Part shown: positions 48,173 through 60,052 of the stretch, one piece after another
How the letters are laid out: each line of letters starts with the position of its first letter
Numbering within the stretch: the first letter of the stretch is position 1
DNA from: Candidatus Zhuqueibacterota bacterium
GTDB taxonomy: Bacteria > Zhuqueibacterota > Zhuqueibacteria > Thermofontimicrobiales > Thermofontimicrobiaceae
Length of the DNA stretch: 64,000 nt
Direction: 5' to 3'
NCBI GenBank assembly: GCA_049322915.1
Contig: JBMOPW010000004.1
Span: forward strand, 32,001-96,000
The notes under the pieces: model-generated
What the model saw: only the letters and a program-made list of their open reading frames with translations
What the model was told of the DNA's origin: nothing
Database searches by the model: none
Made by a program: the position numbers and the translations under genes

Positions 48173-49465
48173 GTGGAAATTAATGTTGTCGATCAGGGGC
48201 AATGGGAAAAAGTAATTGACGTGACTGTGCCGTATAGTGAACTGTTACCCAAAATTGAGTCATCGTATCAGGATTACAAAAAGTCCATTCAGTTAGAAGG
48301 CTTTCGTAAAGGCAAAGTGCCCTTAGACCTGATAAAGAAAATATTCGGTGCGAAAATTGAAAAAGAGACCGCGGAAAGCTCGATTCAAGACTTTTTGAAA
48401 CAGGCGATACAGGATAAAGCTATCAAAGTGTATGATATTGTGAAAATTGATCCTGTGGATTTCAATCAGGAAACAGGCCTTCATTTCGGAGCGACCGTTC
48501 AGCTTGAGCCTGAGGTCAACCTGGTTCAATTCAAAAATCTCGAAATCGAAAAAGAGAATTACCTCGTGACCGATGATGACGTGGATGCGGTGTTGAAGGA
48601 CATCCAAGAAGAACATGCTGTCATGAATGATGTCAAAACCGAAGCGATGAAGGGTCATTTTATCGTGGCGGATTTACAGCAGACCGATGCCAGCGGTATC
48701 CCTCTTGTGGGCAGAAAGTTCGAGAACAGATATCTGCGGCTGCTCGATGAAAATAATGAAAATGCCATTACCGAGCAACTCGTCGGCGTGAAGATCGGGG
48801 ACACCCGGCAGATCCGCGTGCCGAGCAGCAAGGGCGAAGAAGGGCCGACAGCAGAAGAATATTTCGCTGTGACCGTAAAAGAAATCAAAGAGAAGATATT
48901 GCCGGAAATCGATGATCAATTGGCCAAAGCATCCGGTCAGTTTGAAAGTCTGGATGTGATGAAAAAGGATATCCGGGAAAATCTGGTGAGGCAGTTTGAG
49001 GTCAGAGCGATGCAACAGGTGAATAATTCCATCCGGGATAAAATTGTCAAAACCAATCCAATTGATCTTCCAGATTACATGATCGAAAATTTTCTGACCG
49101 GCTTTGTCGAAGATCTGAAAAAAGACAATCGCACTAAAATGGATGATCAAGACTTACGGGAGCAATACCGAGCCGATGCTATCTGGAATCTGAAATGGCT
49201 CTTATTCCGCGACAAGATCATGGAAGCTGAAAATATTCATATCGATGATGCTGAAGTGGATAATTACATCGAATCGTTCGCCTTAAAAGCCGGGCGCGAA
49301 GCGGCAATGGTCCGGAGCAATTTCCGCAAGGCGGAAACCCGAAAACGGTTGAAGCAGGATTTACTCGAAAAGAAGATCATCGACTTTTTGCGCGACAATG
49401 CCCGGATCACCGAAAAGACAATTACCTTAAAGGAAAGTGAAAAAGCGAGCGATATAATCGTATAA
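48173..49465 (+). CDS. tig: trigger factor
   Basis: GFRKGKVP ribosome-binding motif; VKEIKEK.LPE.DD; upstream of clpP. Confidence 0.95.
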   Translation: MEINVVDQGQWEKVIDVTVPYSELLPKIESSYQDYKKSIQLEGFRKGKVPLDLIKKIFGAKIEKETAESSIQDFLKQAIQDKAIKVYDIVKIDPVDFNQETGLHFGATVQLEPEVNLVQFKNLEIEKENYLVTDDDVDAVLKDIQEEHAVMNDVKTEAMKGHFIVADLQQTDASGIPLVGRKFENRYLRLLDENNENAITEQLVGVKIGDTRQIRVPSSKGEEGPTAEEYFAVTVKEIKEKILPEIDDQLAKASGQFESLDVMKKDIRENLVRQFEVRAMQQVNNSIRDKIVKTNPIDLPDYMIENFLTGFVEDLKKDNRTKMDDQDLREQYRADAIWNLKWLLFRDKIMEAENIHIDDAEVDNYIESFALKAGREAAMVRSNFRKAETRKRLKQDLLEKKIIDFLRDNARITEKTITLKESEKASDIIV

Positions 49466-49543
49466 ATTTCTGATGATTAATTTCAAACCGCAGCTTGATA
49501 CATCATTGCAAAACTAAGAATTCTCAAATTGAAGAGGTGTGGA

Positions 49544-50152
49544 ATGAGTTTGGTACCGATCGTGATTGAACAAACCGGACGCGGGGAAAGAGCCTACGAC
49601 ATATTTTCAAGACTGCTCAAAGAACGAATTATTTTCATCGGTTCGCCCATAGATGATATTGTAGCGAGTCTGGCCATTGCCCAGCTTTTGTTTCTTGAAG
49701 CGGAAGACCCGGAAAAAGATGTGTTCATGTACATCAATTCGCCCGGCGGCTCAGTGACCGCGGGTTTAGGAATTTACGATACCATGCAGTACATCAAACC
49801 GGATGTGGCGACGATTTGTCTGGGACAGGCAGCCAGCATGGGCGCAATTTTATTAGCTGCCGGTGCAAAGGGGAAGCGATCCACGCTGCCCCATTCGAGA
49901 ATTATGATTCACCAACCCTGGGGCGGCGCGCAGGGACAGGCTTCGGACATCGAAATCCAGGCCAATGAGATCTTAACAATGCGCAAAGAGCTCAACCAGA
50001 TTTTGGCCTTGCATACCAACCAGAAAGTGGAAAAAATTGCCAAAGATTCGGATCGAAACTTTTTCATGTCCGCTCAGGAAGCAAAGGATTATGGGATTGT
50101 CGACGAAATTATGGCGCCGCGAAGTGAAGGGAAGAAAATTAAAAACTCGTAA
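49544..50152 (+). CDS. clpP: ATP-dependent Clp protease proteolytic subunit
   Basis: [48 protein letters not shown]. Confidence 0.98.
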   Translation: MSLVPIVIEQTGRGERAYDIFSRLLKERIIFIGSPIDDIVASLAIAQLLFLEAEDPEKDVFMYINSPGGSVTAGLGIYDTMQYIKPDVATICLGQAASMGAILLAAGAKGKRSTLPHSRIMIHQPWGGAQGQASDIEIQANEILTMRKELNQILALHTNQKVEKIAKDSDRNFFMSAQEAKDYGIVDEIMAPRSEGKKIKNS

Positions 50153-50176
50153 TCAGGGAAATGTGCTGAGGTCCAC

Positions 50177-51430
50177 ATGGATAATTACAACAAACGCCGC
50201 GAAAGATTATTCATTTGTTCGTTTTGCGGGAAGAATTCAAATCAGGTCGATTGCATCGTCACCGGCCCTGATGTGTATATTTGCAATGAATGCGTAAAGA
50301 ACGCAAGCGAAATTATCAAGGAAGATCTGAATCGGCGCGCGGTTGTTGCAAAAAGTAAAATCAGGACGCCGGCGGAAATCAAGCGGGAACTGGATGATTT
50401 TGTCATTGGCCAGGAAAACGCCAAGAAAATCGTTTCTGTCGCGGTGTACAACCATTACAAACGCGTCGAAGCAGCCGAACTGGTCAGTGACGAAGTGGAA
50501 TTGGAGAAGAGCAACATTTTGTTGATCGGCCCCACTGGCACAGGCAAAACCCTGATGGCCCAGACTCTGGCGCGATTCCTCCAGGTTCCGTTCACCATTG
50601 CTGATGCGACAACGCTCACAGAAGCTGGTTATGTGGGCGAGGACGTCGAGAACATTTTAGTGCGGTTGCTTCAGGCCGCGGATTACGATGTGGAGCAGGC
50701 GGAGCGCGGCATTGTCTATATCGATGAGATCGATAAAATCGCCCGCAAGAGCGGCAATCCATCCATCACCCGCGATGTGTCCGGCGAAGGTGTTCAGCAG
50801 GCGTTGCTCAAAATTTTGGAGGGGACGATTGCCTCTGTCCCGCCCAAAGGTGGACGAAAACACCCGGAGCAGAACCTGATCAATATCAATACCAAAAATA
50901 TCCTGTTCATCTGCGGCGGTGCTTTTGATGGTCTGGAAAAATTTATTGCCTCCCGCGTCGGTAAAAAAGGCGTCGGCTTTGGCGCCGAGTTGAAGCGGGA
51001 TAAAAATGAGAAAATCGGCGAGCTCCTTCGATCGGTGCAGCCGGAAGACCTGCTGGAATTCGGCCTGATTCCGGAATTGATCGGTCGATTGCCCATCGAT
51101 TGCATTTTCGATGAACTGACTGAAGATGCGCTTTACAGTATCCTCATTGAGCCAAAGAATGCATTGACCAAACAGTACAAAAAGCTGTTCGAACTGGACG
51201 GCGTGGAATTGATCTTCGAAGAAGAAGCCCTGCGGGATGTGGTGGGAGAAGCGATTCGTCGCAAAACTGGCGCCCGAGCGCTGAGAGCGATTATGGAAGT
51301 CGTTATGCTCGATATTATGTTCAACCTGCCCCAGATGAAAAACGTGAAAAAGTGCACCATCACCAGAAACGTCGTTCGGGAAAAGAAAGACCCGGTTTTT
51401 GTGTACCAGGAGATTAAAAAAACTGCTTAA
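50177..51430 (+). CDS. clpX: ATP-dependent Clp protease ATP-binding subunit
   Basis: CSFCGK zinc finger; [36 protein letters not shown]. Confidence 0.98.
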   Translation: MDNYNKRRERLFICSFCGKNSNQVDCIVTGPDVYICNECVKNASEIIKEDLNRRAVVAKSKIRTPAEIKRELDDFVIGQENAKKIVSVAVYNHYKRVEAAELVSDEVELEKSNILLIGPTGTGKTLMAQTLARFLQVPFTIADATTLTEAGYVGEDVENILVRLLQAADYDVEQAERGIVYIDEIDKIARKSGNPSITRDVSGEGVQQALLKILEGTIASVPPKGGRKHPEQNLININTKNILFICGGAFDGLEKFIASRVGKKGVGFGAELKRDKNEKIGELLRSVQPEDLLEFGLIPELIGRLPIDCIFDELTEDALYSILIEPKNALTKQYKKLFELDGVELIFEEEALRDVVGEAIRRKTGARALRAIMEVVMLDIMFNLPQMKNVKKCTITRNVVREKKDPVFVYQEIKKTA

Positions 51431-51460
51431 ATGAGTCTGCCACAGCTTTAGCTTGCATAT

Positions 51461-51504
51461 AAAATCTTCCCTGGAATTTCAGATTTTGGGGAAGATTTTT
51501 TTTT
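51461..51504 (+). terminator. probable intrinsic terminator
   Basis: AAAATCTTCCC / GGGAAGATTTT plus T run after clpX. Confidence 0.65.
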
Positions 51505-51621
51505 GAAAAGTCAAAACATCCGGGCGTCGGAACAGGCGCATCGAAATGACTCCATTGAGTTGCGCTCCGAGCCCGCGAAGAAATAAACCATGAGTTTCTG
51601 GCATTGGGTGGAAAAGTCAAT

Positions 51622-52221
51622 ATGAAAGTTACTTCAATAAAATTTGTGACGAGCGCGGCAAAGATCAGTCAGCTACCGAAAATTCGTCTCCCTGAAATCG
51701 CGTTTGCGGGTCGGTCCAATGTCGGAAAGTCAAGTTTAATCAACAGCCTGGTGAACATGAAGCATCTGGCCAAGACCAGCGCCACTCCGGGGAAGACGCG
51801 GCTGCTTAATTATTTTTCCATCAATGATATTTTTTACATGGTGGATTTGCCCGGCTATGGCTACGCCAAAGTCTCCCGAAACGAGCGCTATATCTGGAAA
51901 CGGCTGATGGAGTCCTATCTGTCGAAGAATAAGTATATCAAAGGCGTAGTGCAAATTATCGACAGTCGCCACGGCGTCACTCCGCTGGATGAGGAAATGC
52001 TGACCTGGCTATCATCGCTGAATTTGCCAACGCTCATTGTGGCGACGAAGGTCGATAAACTTCCCAAAAGCAAAGCGCGGCATCTGATTCAGACTATTGA
52101 AAAAGACGCGCAACGACTGGGCGCTCTTGGTGTATTGCCCTTTTCCGCCCTCACCAAAGTTGGTAAAAGTGAACTATGGCAATCCATTGATGATCTATTA
52201 AAAACCGATAATTCCAGGTGA
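51622..52221 (+). CDS. engB: ribosome biogenesis GTPase YihA/YsxC
   Basis: GRSNVGKSSLIN; TPGKT; DLPGYG; TKVDK. Confidence 0.96.
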   Translation: MKVTSIKFVTSAAKISQLPKIRLPEIAFAGRSNVGKSSLINSLVNMKHLAKTSATPGKTRLLNYFSINDIFYMVDLPGYGYAKVSRNERYIWKRLMESYLSKNKYIKGVVQIIDSRHGVTPLDEEMLTWLSSLNLPTLIVATKVDKLPKSKARHLIQTIEKDAQRLGALGVLPFSALTKVGKSELWQSIDDLLKTDNSR

Positions 52222-52225
52222 AAAC

Positions 52226-53311
52226 GTGAAACCGCCTCTGTTACTGACGACCGGGCCTGTGCCCATTTCGGAATCGGTGAGTTCTATTCTGAGCCAACCG
52301 ATGCAATATCATCGCGATAAAAAGTTTGTTCTGCTGTTCAATCAGGTTCTTGAAAATTTAAAATATTTTCTTCAAACCAGCTATGATGTATTCGTCCACT
52401 CCGCCAGTGGCACCGGCGGCATGGAAGCCGTGGTCGCCAATTTTTTCAGCCGGGGTGATCGTGTGATCGTCGTTGAAAATGGCAAGTTCAGCGAGAGGTG
52501 GTCGCAGATCGCTAAAGTATATGGGTTACAGGTTTCGCGCGTCAAAATTCCCTGGGGACAGAGCATTCAGCCCGAGCAGTTGAAAGAGGAGGTGAAGCGG
52601 GTTCCCGATGCCAAAGGCATTTTTCTCACCCATTGTGAATCTTCCACCGGCGCGCTGACCGATGTCGGGACCCTTGTGCCGGCGATTCGGGATCTCACTC
52701 CGGCGTTGGTGATCGTCGATGCAATTTCGAGCGCCGGCATTATCCCGCTAAAAATGGATGCGTGGCAAATCGATGTCGTCGTCACTGCATCGCAAAAAGG
52801 TCTTGGCCTGCCGCCGGGGTTGGCCATTGTCGCGCTGAATGATCGCGCCTGGCAGCGTTCGGAAATGGCCGATCTCCCCCGATTTTACTTTGACTTCATG
52901 CGCGCCCGACAGGCCTGGTTATTGGGTCGGGGAGGCGCATTCACGCCGGCCATCCCGCTCATTGCCGCCGCCGCACACGTGTTGGATGAAATTGTCAATC
53001 TCGGCCTGGAACGTATTTGGGAGCAGCGCCGGGCAATGGCCTCGAAATTCAGAGGGGCGATGAATGATCTGGAGCTCTCCATTTTTCCGGCGCAGCCAGC
53101 CGATGGAATGACAGTTGTGCAGATCGATCATCCGCTTCAGGCCAAAAAAATTATCGCCCGGCTCAGGGATGACTATCACATTTTTGTCTCAGGTGGCCAG
53201 GGACAGTTGCAGGATCTGGTTCTCCGGATCGGCCACATGGTCGAGGTGAGCGAAGAGCAACTTCATCAGTTTGTGACTGCGTTAGAAACTATTTTGTCAG
53301 AAGCAAAGTAA
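52226..53311 (+). CDS. class V aminotransferase (alanine-glyoxylate/serine-pyruvate family)
   Basis: SGTGGMEA; HCESSTG; VDAISS; ASQKGL.LPPGL; RIGHM. Confidence 0.92.
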   Translation: MKPPLLLTTGPVPISESVSSILSQPMQYHRDKKFVLLFNQVLENLKYFLQTSYDVFVHSASGTGGMEAVVANFFSRGDRVIVVENGKFSERWSQIAKVYGLQVSRVKIPWGQSIQPEQLKEEVKRVPDAKGIFLTHCESSTGALTDVGTLVPAIRDLTPALVIVDAISSAGIIPLKMDAWQIDVVVTASQKGLGLPPGLAIVALNDRAWQRSEMADLPRFYFDFMRARQAWLLGRGGAFTPAIPLIAAAAHVLDEIVNLGLERIWEQRRAMASKFRGAMNDLELSIFPAQPADGMTVVQIDHPLQAKKIIARLRDDYHIFVSGGQGQLQDLVLRIGHMVEVSEEQLHQFVTALETILSEAK

Positions 53312-53544
53312 AAAAACCTGAATCAGTCGATGCGATCACTTTGGCTGATTCGAAATTGCATCGCGATCTTCACCATGATTCGCTGCCACTTCCCGGGACG
53401 ACGGATCGGAATGGCCGCTGAAGCAACGCCGGTCAGGAAAGGGGCGATTCATTCGCGATGTGTGCTCTTGCTGTCATCAATAAAAATCTTCTCTGGTGAA
53501 CGCATCCCCCAAATTACTCATGCTACGGAAAATGAGGTAACGCC

Positions 53545-54909
53545 ATGGTCCGAATATTAGTCGTTGAAGATGATTTGAATACGCTGTCCGGATTGCTGGA
53601 AATTGTCAAGGATGAAGGCTATGACGCGGTCGGGGTTGATTCCGGAAAGAAAGCGCTGAAAGTGCTGGAGCGGGAACGATTCGATTTGATGTTGACGGAT
53701 TTGCGCATTCCGGAAATGGATGGAATCCAGCTTTACGAAAAATCCATCAGCCTCAATCCTGAGATGAAAACGATCGTGATGACCGCGTACAGCTCGGTGA
53801 AAGATGCGGTGGAAGCGATGAAAAAGGGCGTTTACGAGTACCTGACCAAACCGCTGAATCTGGATGAATTGTTCATCACCATCCGCAAGGCGCTGAATGA
53901 AAAGGAGATCCGGGAAGAAAATATTCAACTCAAAGATCAGTTGAGATCGTCGTATCGGTTTGAGAATATCATTGGCACCAGCAAAATTATGAAGGATATT
54001 TATACCATCATCCACAAAGTCGCCCAGACGCAATCGACCGTGTTGATCCGCGGCGAAAGCGGCGTTGGAAAAGAGCTGGTGGCCCGGGCAATTCATTATA
54101 ACAGCCCGCGCGCGGAGAAACCGCTGGTTGAAATCAGTTGCGCCTCGCTGCCGGAGACGCTGCTGGAGAGTGAATTATTTGGTTATGAAAAAGGGGCCTT
54201 CACCGGCGCCGTGGCCAGCAAGAAGGGCCGGTTTGAATTGGCCCAGCACGGCACGATTTTTCTGGATGAAATTGGCGACATTTCCGAGAGTGTTCAGACC
54301 AAGCTGCTGCGCGTGCTGCAGGAAAAGGAGATCACCCATCTGGGTGGAACTGAGGGCATCAAAACCGATGTCCGCGTCATCGCTGCGACGAACCGCAATC
54401 TGGAAAAAGCATTGAAAGAAGGCCGCTTTCGGGAAGACCTGTATTACCGTCTCAATGTCATCCCCATCGTCATCCCGCCGCTGCGCGATCGGAAGGGCGA
54501 TATTCCCCTGTTGATTAATCATTTCATCAAAAAGTTTTGTTCGGAGACCAATCGTCCGCTGATGAAATTCTCCGAGGAAGCCCTGGAAGTCTGTTTGAAT
54601 TACGATTGGCCCGGCAATGTGCGCGAGTTGGAGAATGCCGTGGAGAATTCCATTGTCCTGGGCGAAGGCGATGTCATCCTGCCTGAATTTTTACCGTTGA
54701 ATATTTTCTCCCATCAGAGTCAGCCGGTGGATCGCCATTTCATGGATGAATTGAAAGAAGGGACCTATCGCAAGAAGATGGAATTTGCCGAGCGAATTGT
54801 CATTCGGGACGCTATTGAAAAGGCCGGCGGCAACAAATCGGTCGCGGCCAAAAATCTGAGGATAAGCCTGCGCACCATGCGATACAAGATCAAGAAGTAC
54901 CATTTATAA
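53545..54909 (+). CDS. sigma54-dependent response regulator (NtrC/AtoC family)
   Basis: [47 protein letters not shown]; Fis-type HTH. Confidence 0.97.
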   Translation: MVRILVVEDDLNTLSGLLEIVKDEGYDAVGVDSGKKALKVLERERFDLMLTDLRIPEMDGIQLYEKSISLNPEMKTIVMTAYSSVKDAVEAMKKGVYEYLTKPLNLDELFITIRKALNEKEIREENIQLKDQLRSSYRFENIIGTSKIMKDIYTIIHKVAQTQSTVLIRGESGVGKELVARAIHYNSPRAEKPLVEISCASLPETLLESELFGYEKGAFTGAVASKKGRFELAQHGTIFLDEIGDISESVQTKLLRVLQEKEITHLGGTEGIKTDVRVIAATNRNLEKALKEGRFREDLYYRLNVIPIVIPPLRDRKGDIPLLINHFIKKFCSETNRPLMKFSEEALEVCLNYDWPGNVRELENAVENSIVLGEGDVILPEFLPLNIFSHQSQPVDRHFMDELKEGTYRKKMEFAERIVIRDAIEKAGGNKSVAAKNLRISLRTMRYKIKKYHL

Positions 54910-54956
54910 TGCCGGTACTTGTAAAAAAAATTACTCCATCAAAATAGCGAATCAGG

Positions 54957-57350
54957 CTAAAAGAGGATATTCACTCTGAAATTGAAAATTCGTCGCGATA
55001 GATTATTCCGTACATCCTGCCAGTGGCCACTTTGTAAAATAAAATACTTATACGAAAGCACATTCCTGAAATCAAAGATATTGAAGATTTCAAACATCAT
55101 TTTTGCGTCCACACTTTTCCACAATCGTTTCGAATAACTCAGTCCAACATCCATGCGCCGGTAATACGCCATTCGATAGCCCATTCTGTTGAATGATTCA
55201 GGGTAATAAATGCCTGTCTCTTCATCGAGTTTAGCTGTGTAGGCGGTGTAAGGATAACCGCTGCCAAACAGCACTCTCACATGCGCCTTCATGTTTGGAA
55301 TATTGGGCATATCATCCTGCAAAACTACTGAAACAGTGTTGCGCTGATCAGTGGGGCTGGGGAATTCGTCATTGCCCAGGCCCGGAATGCGCTGCCTGGA
55401 AACGAGATACGTGTAACTCAGCCAACTATTCAATCGCTGATTCAGCTTACCATACCAGTGGACATTCAGCCCATAGGCTCTGCCTGAGCCAGTTAATTCC
55501 GGTTGATACTGAATGAAGATGTCTTCAAAATCGTAGGGGATGAGATGTTTCTGTGTGATGTAAAATAACTCGACCCGGGAGATGGTAGCGCGGGACGTGT
55601 GATGATAGAAAGATAAAACCGATTTATTGGATTGCTGGGCGCGGACGTTGGTCAGCAACGTGTGGTTGGAGTCGCGTAGCTCGCGATATTGTGGCGGTTG
55701 CGAGTAAATGCCCCACGAAGCTGCCAGCCACGTGTCCGGGGAAAAAGTCCATTTTAATTGGAGGCGGGGGTCTACTGTGAGCTGCTTGTTGTACGAAAAA
55801 TAATGGACGCGGAGACCATACTGCGCTTCCAGTTGACCCGGGAGTGTCCAGCGATCTTCGCCATAGAGAATGTATGAAAAATTGTCAAGCCGCGCAGAGG
55901 AATGAAAGTCATAGCTCTGTTGCCGCGTGAAAACCGTATCTCCGGACGTCACAGCGCTGATGTGCATCCGCTCCTCCAAATGATCCCGAAACGAATGGCG
56001 CCTCGCGCCGACGCCAAAATAAAGCGCGTGATTAGGGGATGAGTAGGTCAGTTCATTCTGATAACTCATCGTGTTTTCATGAAGACTATTATTCCGAAAT
56101 TCCACTTCCGTGCTCAGGTATTCAGTTGATTCCGCATTGCCGGAGTCGTACTGAATATTCTGCCGGTTGTAAACATCACCCGTGAGATCTACCCTGTCCA
56201 GTTCTTCGTTTTTTGTGAACATAAGGGATTGCGCCATTTTCAGGTCGCTGGTGAGCAGGCTCTCCAGAGTTAACGAGACCAGATTGGAATTGAAATCGGA
56301 TCGCTCATTCCCGTTGTAATCGATTTCAAACTGGTTATACATCATGCCAAACACGCTGTAATCTGCCCGGTATTTTTCAGGTGTAAGCACGAATTGATTC
56401 CTCAATAACATACCGATCACACTGAGCCTGTGGCGATACGTGAGAGGAATCCGGCCGACTACCTGCAAATCCATGAATTTGGGATGGTACTGCCCCTCGG
56501 TTTGCAGCGTCTGGAGAATTGCCCCGGTGTCAGCCCAGCGCCCGGCGATTGCCCAGTACCCGGAACCAAAGGCGCGGCCGGATATCGTGAGCCCGGCATT
56601 GATGAGGCCAACCTCGAACTCACCCTGGACTGGTTTTTCAGCGGAATTTTTATAATCCGCTATCAACACCGAGTGCATTTTTTCTCCGTACCGCGCCGAA
56701 AATCCGCCGGTCATGAGTTGAAAATTTTTCACCAGCGACGGGTTGATCTGGCTGAATCCCTCCTGGTAGCTGTTCCTGATTTGCTGCGGCTGAGGCAATC
56801 GAATTGATTCTAAGAGAATGAGATTGTCGTTGCTGCTTCCGCCGTGCACGTGAAAGGTGTTGCTCATTTCATTATTTGAGATAACGCCGGGGAGAGTCTT
56901 GACTACGCTGAGGGCGTCGGAGTAGAAACCAGGAATGGTTCGAATTTCAGTTGGCTTTATTTCATAAATCCCGACATTGGGTTCATATTTTTGTTCGCTG
57001 ACTTCCACGCCAGGCATACTGAGAATCTCCGGCACCAACGCGATATTGAGTTGAATATGGTTGGAACCATCGAATCGAATTGTGCGCGACTGTTTTTTAA
57101 ACCCGATAAATTGAAACATAAGCGTAAGAGATGCATTGTTCGCAAGCGTTATCTTGTAAGCGCCGCGCTCATCTGTCGTCGTTCCGATTGACTGGCCTGA
57201 CACAAAAATATTTACTCCTTGCAGCGGCTGATTCTTTTCATTGACGATCTTCCCGGCAATTGTATATGTACGCGCCTGCTGAGAAAATATCATGCCGGGG
57301 AGTAACAGCAGTATTGAAAGCGCGATGGAATATCGGAAGAATGGAAACAT
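54957..57350 (-). CDS. TonB-dependent receptor
   Basis: IAGKIVN..PL.GVNI; plug TLPGV..N, GGFSARYG; EIFNIFD..N; terminal F. Start chosen at ATG 57350, which gives a signal peptide. Confidence 0.9.
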   Translation of the reverse strand: MFPFFRYSIALSILLLLPGMIFSQQARTYTIAGKIVNEKNQPLQGVNIFVSGQSIGTTTDERGAYKITLANNASLTLMFQFIGFKKQSRTIRFDGSNHIQLNIALVPEILSMPGVEVSEQKYEPNVGIYEIKPTEIRTIPGFYSDALSVVKTLPGVISNNEMSNTFHVHGGSSNDNLILLESIRLPQPQQIRNSYQEGFSQINPSLVKNFQLMTGGFSARYGEKMHSVLIADYKNSAEKPVQGEFEVGLINAGLTISGRAFGSGYWAIAGRWADTGAILQTLQTEGQYHPKFMDLQVVGRIPLTYRHRLSVIGMLLRNQFVLTPEKYRADYSVFGMMYNQFEIDYNGNERSDFNSNLVSLTLESLLTSDLKMAQSLMFTKNEELDRVDLTGDVYNRQNIQYDSGNAESTEYLSTEVEFRNNSLHENTMSYQNELTYSSPNHALYFGVGARRHSFRDHLEERMHISAVTSGDTVFTRQQSYDFHSSARLDNFSYILYGEDRWTLPGQLEAQYGLRVHYFSYNKQLTVDPRLQLKWTFSPDTWLAASWGIYSQPPQYRELRDSNHTLLTNVRAQQSNKSVLSFYHHTSRATISRVELFYITQKHLIPYDFEDIFIQYQPELTGSGRAYGLNVHWYGKLNQRLNSWLSYTYLVSRQRIPGLGNDEFPSPTDQRNTVSVVLQDDMPNIPNMKAHVRVLFGSGYPYTAYTAKLDEETGIYYPESFNRMGYRMAYYRRMDVGLSYSKRLWKSVDAKMMFEIFNIFDFRNVLSYKYFILQSGHWQDVRNNLSRRIFNFRVNILF

Positions 57351-57520
57351 CGGAAATGACCTTTCAGCGATGGTGATTCGACAGGATGATGCATCAATAA
57401 GCCGGGAATTGACGCTGATGGAACATGAATTTTGACGGGACAGCCAGGGCAATTTAAGCGACAACGTCATACTTGTAAAAATATGATTCGCTCCGGAAGT
57501 GCGTCAACTCCAAAGCAAGT

Positions 57521-58600
57521 TTATTTACTTGAACGCACTAAAATATAAATTGCTCCCAGGCCGAAGAAGAGATTACCCAGCCAGGCGGCAATGAAGGGGG
57601 GCAGCGTGCCATTGTGCCCTAAGCTCTGGCCGACTTTAATGAAGCCAAAATAGAGGAAACAGATGAAGAGGCTGACGCCGAAACTGATTGCTGTCCCGCT
57701 TCGGGTTTTTCTCGAAGCTAACGGCGCGCCAAAAAGGATGATGATGAAATTGGCAAAGGGGAATGCGAACTTGAGGTATAAATCAACGCGCCAACGGTCC
57801 GGATTGCCGCCGGTGCGTTTCACTTCGTCGATGAAATTTTTGAGCTCCCAGTAGCTCATCTCCTCGTGATTTTTCTGAATCCGGGCGATATCCGTGGGTT
57901 TGAATCGGTCGTTTTTCAATTCATAGGTTTCAAAGGACTGGGTTCGCTCCATGTCGTTTTTGAAATATCGAATGTAACCATCCTTCAAAATCCAGCGATC
58001 TTTCTCCCACACCATTTGCGGCGCGTCGATTCGCTTGACCAGTTTATTTCGCTGGTAGTCCTGGACGCTGACTTTGAGCGCGGTGTTTATTTTTGTATCG
58101 AACACGCCAACTAGGAGCCAGCGGTTTGTGTCGATTTGCAGGTTGATGTCTTTGGTGCGAACTTTGAGATTTTGCTTTTGCACTTTGTTGACATGAGTTT
58201 CGTAAATCTCTTTCTTCTGTTGGTTGGCATAAGGCACGAACCGCTCGCCCACATAGGTCGCAATCAGACTAATGATGAGACCCAGCACCAACAGCGGCGC
58301 TAATATTCGGTAAGTGGATAAACCGGATGCCTGCATGGCAATGAGTTCGCTGTATCGCGCAAGCTGGCCGACGCTGAACAGGCTGGCCAATAATGTGGCC
58401 ACGGGCAGCGTGAGGATGATGATGTAGGGCAAGTAGAAAAGGTAATACTGGCTGACAGTGAGAAATGCCACGTCCTGATCGATGAATTTATCCATGAAAC
58501 CAACCATGTCGATGACGACATAGATGGCTGAAAATGCGATCAGAGAGAAAAGGAGCGTGCCCAAAAATTTCTGGGAAATGTATCTGTCCAGTATTCTCAT
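57521..58600 (-). CDS. lptG: LPS export ABC transporter permease LptG
   Basis: ILDRYI; SELIAMQASG; KFAFPF...GAPL; AAWL.N; overlaps the lptF stop. Confidence 0.9.
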   Translation of the reverse strand: MRILDRYISQKFLGTLLFSLIAFSAIYVVIDMVGFMDKFIDQDVAFLTVSQYYLFYLPYIIILTLPVATLLASLFSVGQLARYSELIAMQASGLSTYRILAPLLVLGLIISLIATYVGERFVPYANQQKKEIYETHVNKVQKQNLKVRTKDINLQIDTNRWLLVGVFDTKINTALKVSVQDYQRNKLVKRIDAPQMVWEKDRWILKDGYIRYFKNDMERTQSFETYELKNDRFKPTDIARIQKNHEEMSYWELKNFIDEVKRTGGNPDRWRVDLYLKFAFPFANFIIILFGAPLASRKTRSGTAISFGVSLFICFLYFGFIKVGQSLGHNGTLPPFIAAWLGNLFFGLGAIYILVRSSK

Positions 58601-60006
58601 TCGGAAAAAGCCCGCAAACGTTTGGGTATGAATTTAACCAGCGAATTGAAATTGATGAACGACGATTCCTTGACAGTTCTCAATAAAAGATACACGCCGA
58701 ATCCTCCCACAATGAAGTTGGCCAACCACATGGAAAGAAACGGGGACAACATATCGCGATCGGCAAGCTCTTCCCCGCCGATGAGAAAAATCCAGTAAAC
58801 GATGAAGAAGATCAGGCTGATGCCGCCGCCGATGGCCATATTACCGCGCTTCGCCAGAATGCCCAGTGGCGCGCCGATGAGCACAAAGACGATGCAGGCG
58901 AACGGGATGGAAACTTTTTTATAAATCTCCACTCTGAGCCGGTTGTTGGACAGCTCGTGCCCACGGGCGACATCGATTTCCCCGTCGATACGCTGCACCA
59001 CATTGTTGCACGCGCGGATCTGTTTCTGCAGATTCAATTTGAACCGGGGCGACTGTTTCAGGGAGAGCGGCGCGAGCACCGGCATGGGGTCCTCAAATTG
59101 CTGAAGCGCCGTATCCGTGTTTTTAGGAAAATAACGGTAGATCTGCGCTTCGATGAAGGTCAGCAGATTCTTGTACCGCTTTTCAATCGTGTCAGTATTC
59201 TCAGCGATGCGCGCTTTCATCATGCCGGTGCTTTGCTCGCGATCCCCGCGATATTCCGAATCCGAGCGCTGCAACACCATGTTGGGAATGGGAATTCTCA
59301 TGACATGTTCCGGAAAATTGATCCGGGTATAATTGTCCAGTTTATCGATGCGGATTTCGTGGATCTCGCCATTGTACAGCGTGATCTGTAGAATACCATT
59401 GTTCTTGTTCACGTAAATCTGGCCGCGTTCGGCAATGACGGTTTTGTTGACGTTCGGATCGCTGTTGTCGTAAATAATCACATCGCGGATCATTGACAGA
59501 TTTTCTTTCTCCGTGAGTTCGTTCACGCGGATGGAAATGTTGGGGATGTCCTGATTGAGATAGCCCGCTTCGAGCGTGACAGTTGGCTTTTTGATCGTGA
59601 TATCGCGGGCCAGCAAACGAAGCCGGTGATTTGAATCCGGCAAAACATCATTGTTGAACCAGATCAGGAACAATGTCAGACCGATGGCGACCAGAAACAC
59701 CGGCAGCAGAATCCGATACAGGCTGATGCCACTGGCTTTAATAGCGGTGATCTCATGATCGGCGGACAGTTGGCCGAAGGCCATCAGGCAGGCCATCAGC
59801 ACAGCCATGGGAACGGCTAGCGCAACGATCCAGGAGAGGTTGAGTGCGAAAAATTCGACGACGGTGAAAAAATCCAGACCCTTGCTCAGAATGCGTCCCA
59901 GTTCTTTGAAAACAAGGTTGAGCATGAAGAGCAGGGTGATGATGAACAAGCCAAATAAAAAAGGCCCGATGTGCTGTTTCAATATATGTTTGGATAGTAT
60001 GTACAT
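58597..60006 (-). CDS. lptF: LPS export ABC transporter permease LptF
   Basis: PF.FG; LSADHEITAIKASGIS; VEIYKK.SIPFAC.VF.LIGAPLG. Confidence 0.9.
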   Translation of the reverse strand: MYILSKHILKQHIGPFLFGLFIITLLFMLNLVFKELGRILSKGLDFFTVVEFFALNLSWIVALAVPMAVLMACLMAFGQLSADHEITAIKASGISLYRILLPVFLVAIGLTLFLIWFNNDVLPDSNHRLRLLARDITIKKPTVTLEAGYLNQDIPNISIRVNELTEKENLSMIRDVIIYDNSDPNVNKTVIAERGQIYVNKNNGILQITLYNGEIHEIRIDKLDNYTRINFPEHVMRIPIPNMVLQRSDSEYRGDREQSTGMMKARIAENTDTIEKRYKNLLTFIEAQIYRYFPKNTDTALQQFEDPMPVLAPLSLKQSPRFKLNLQKQIRACNNVVQRIDGEIDVARGHELSNNRLRVEIYKKVSIPFACIVFVLIGAPLGILAKRGNMAIGGGISLIFFIVYWIFLIGGEELADRDMLSPFLSMWLANFIVGGFGVYLLLRTVKESSFINFNSLVKFIPKRLRAFSE

Positions 60007-60052
60007 AATTCAAAAAAATTTTTGGGAACCGGGTTAATTGCGCGGACGTTAC

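Noticed and set aside
53330..53560. 76-aa ORF before the sigma54 regulator
   Set aside because: No SD or motif, and it overlaps the regulator start.
165..60037. Numerous overlapping opposite-strand or alternate-frame ORFs in the track
   Set aside because: They lie within well-supported genes and show no family motifs.
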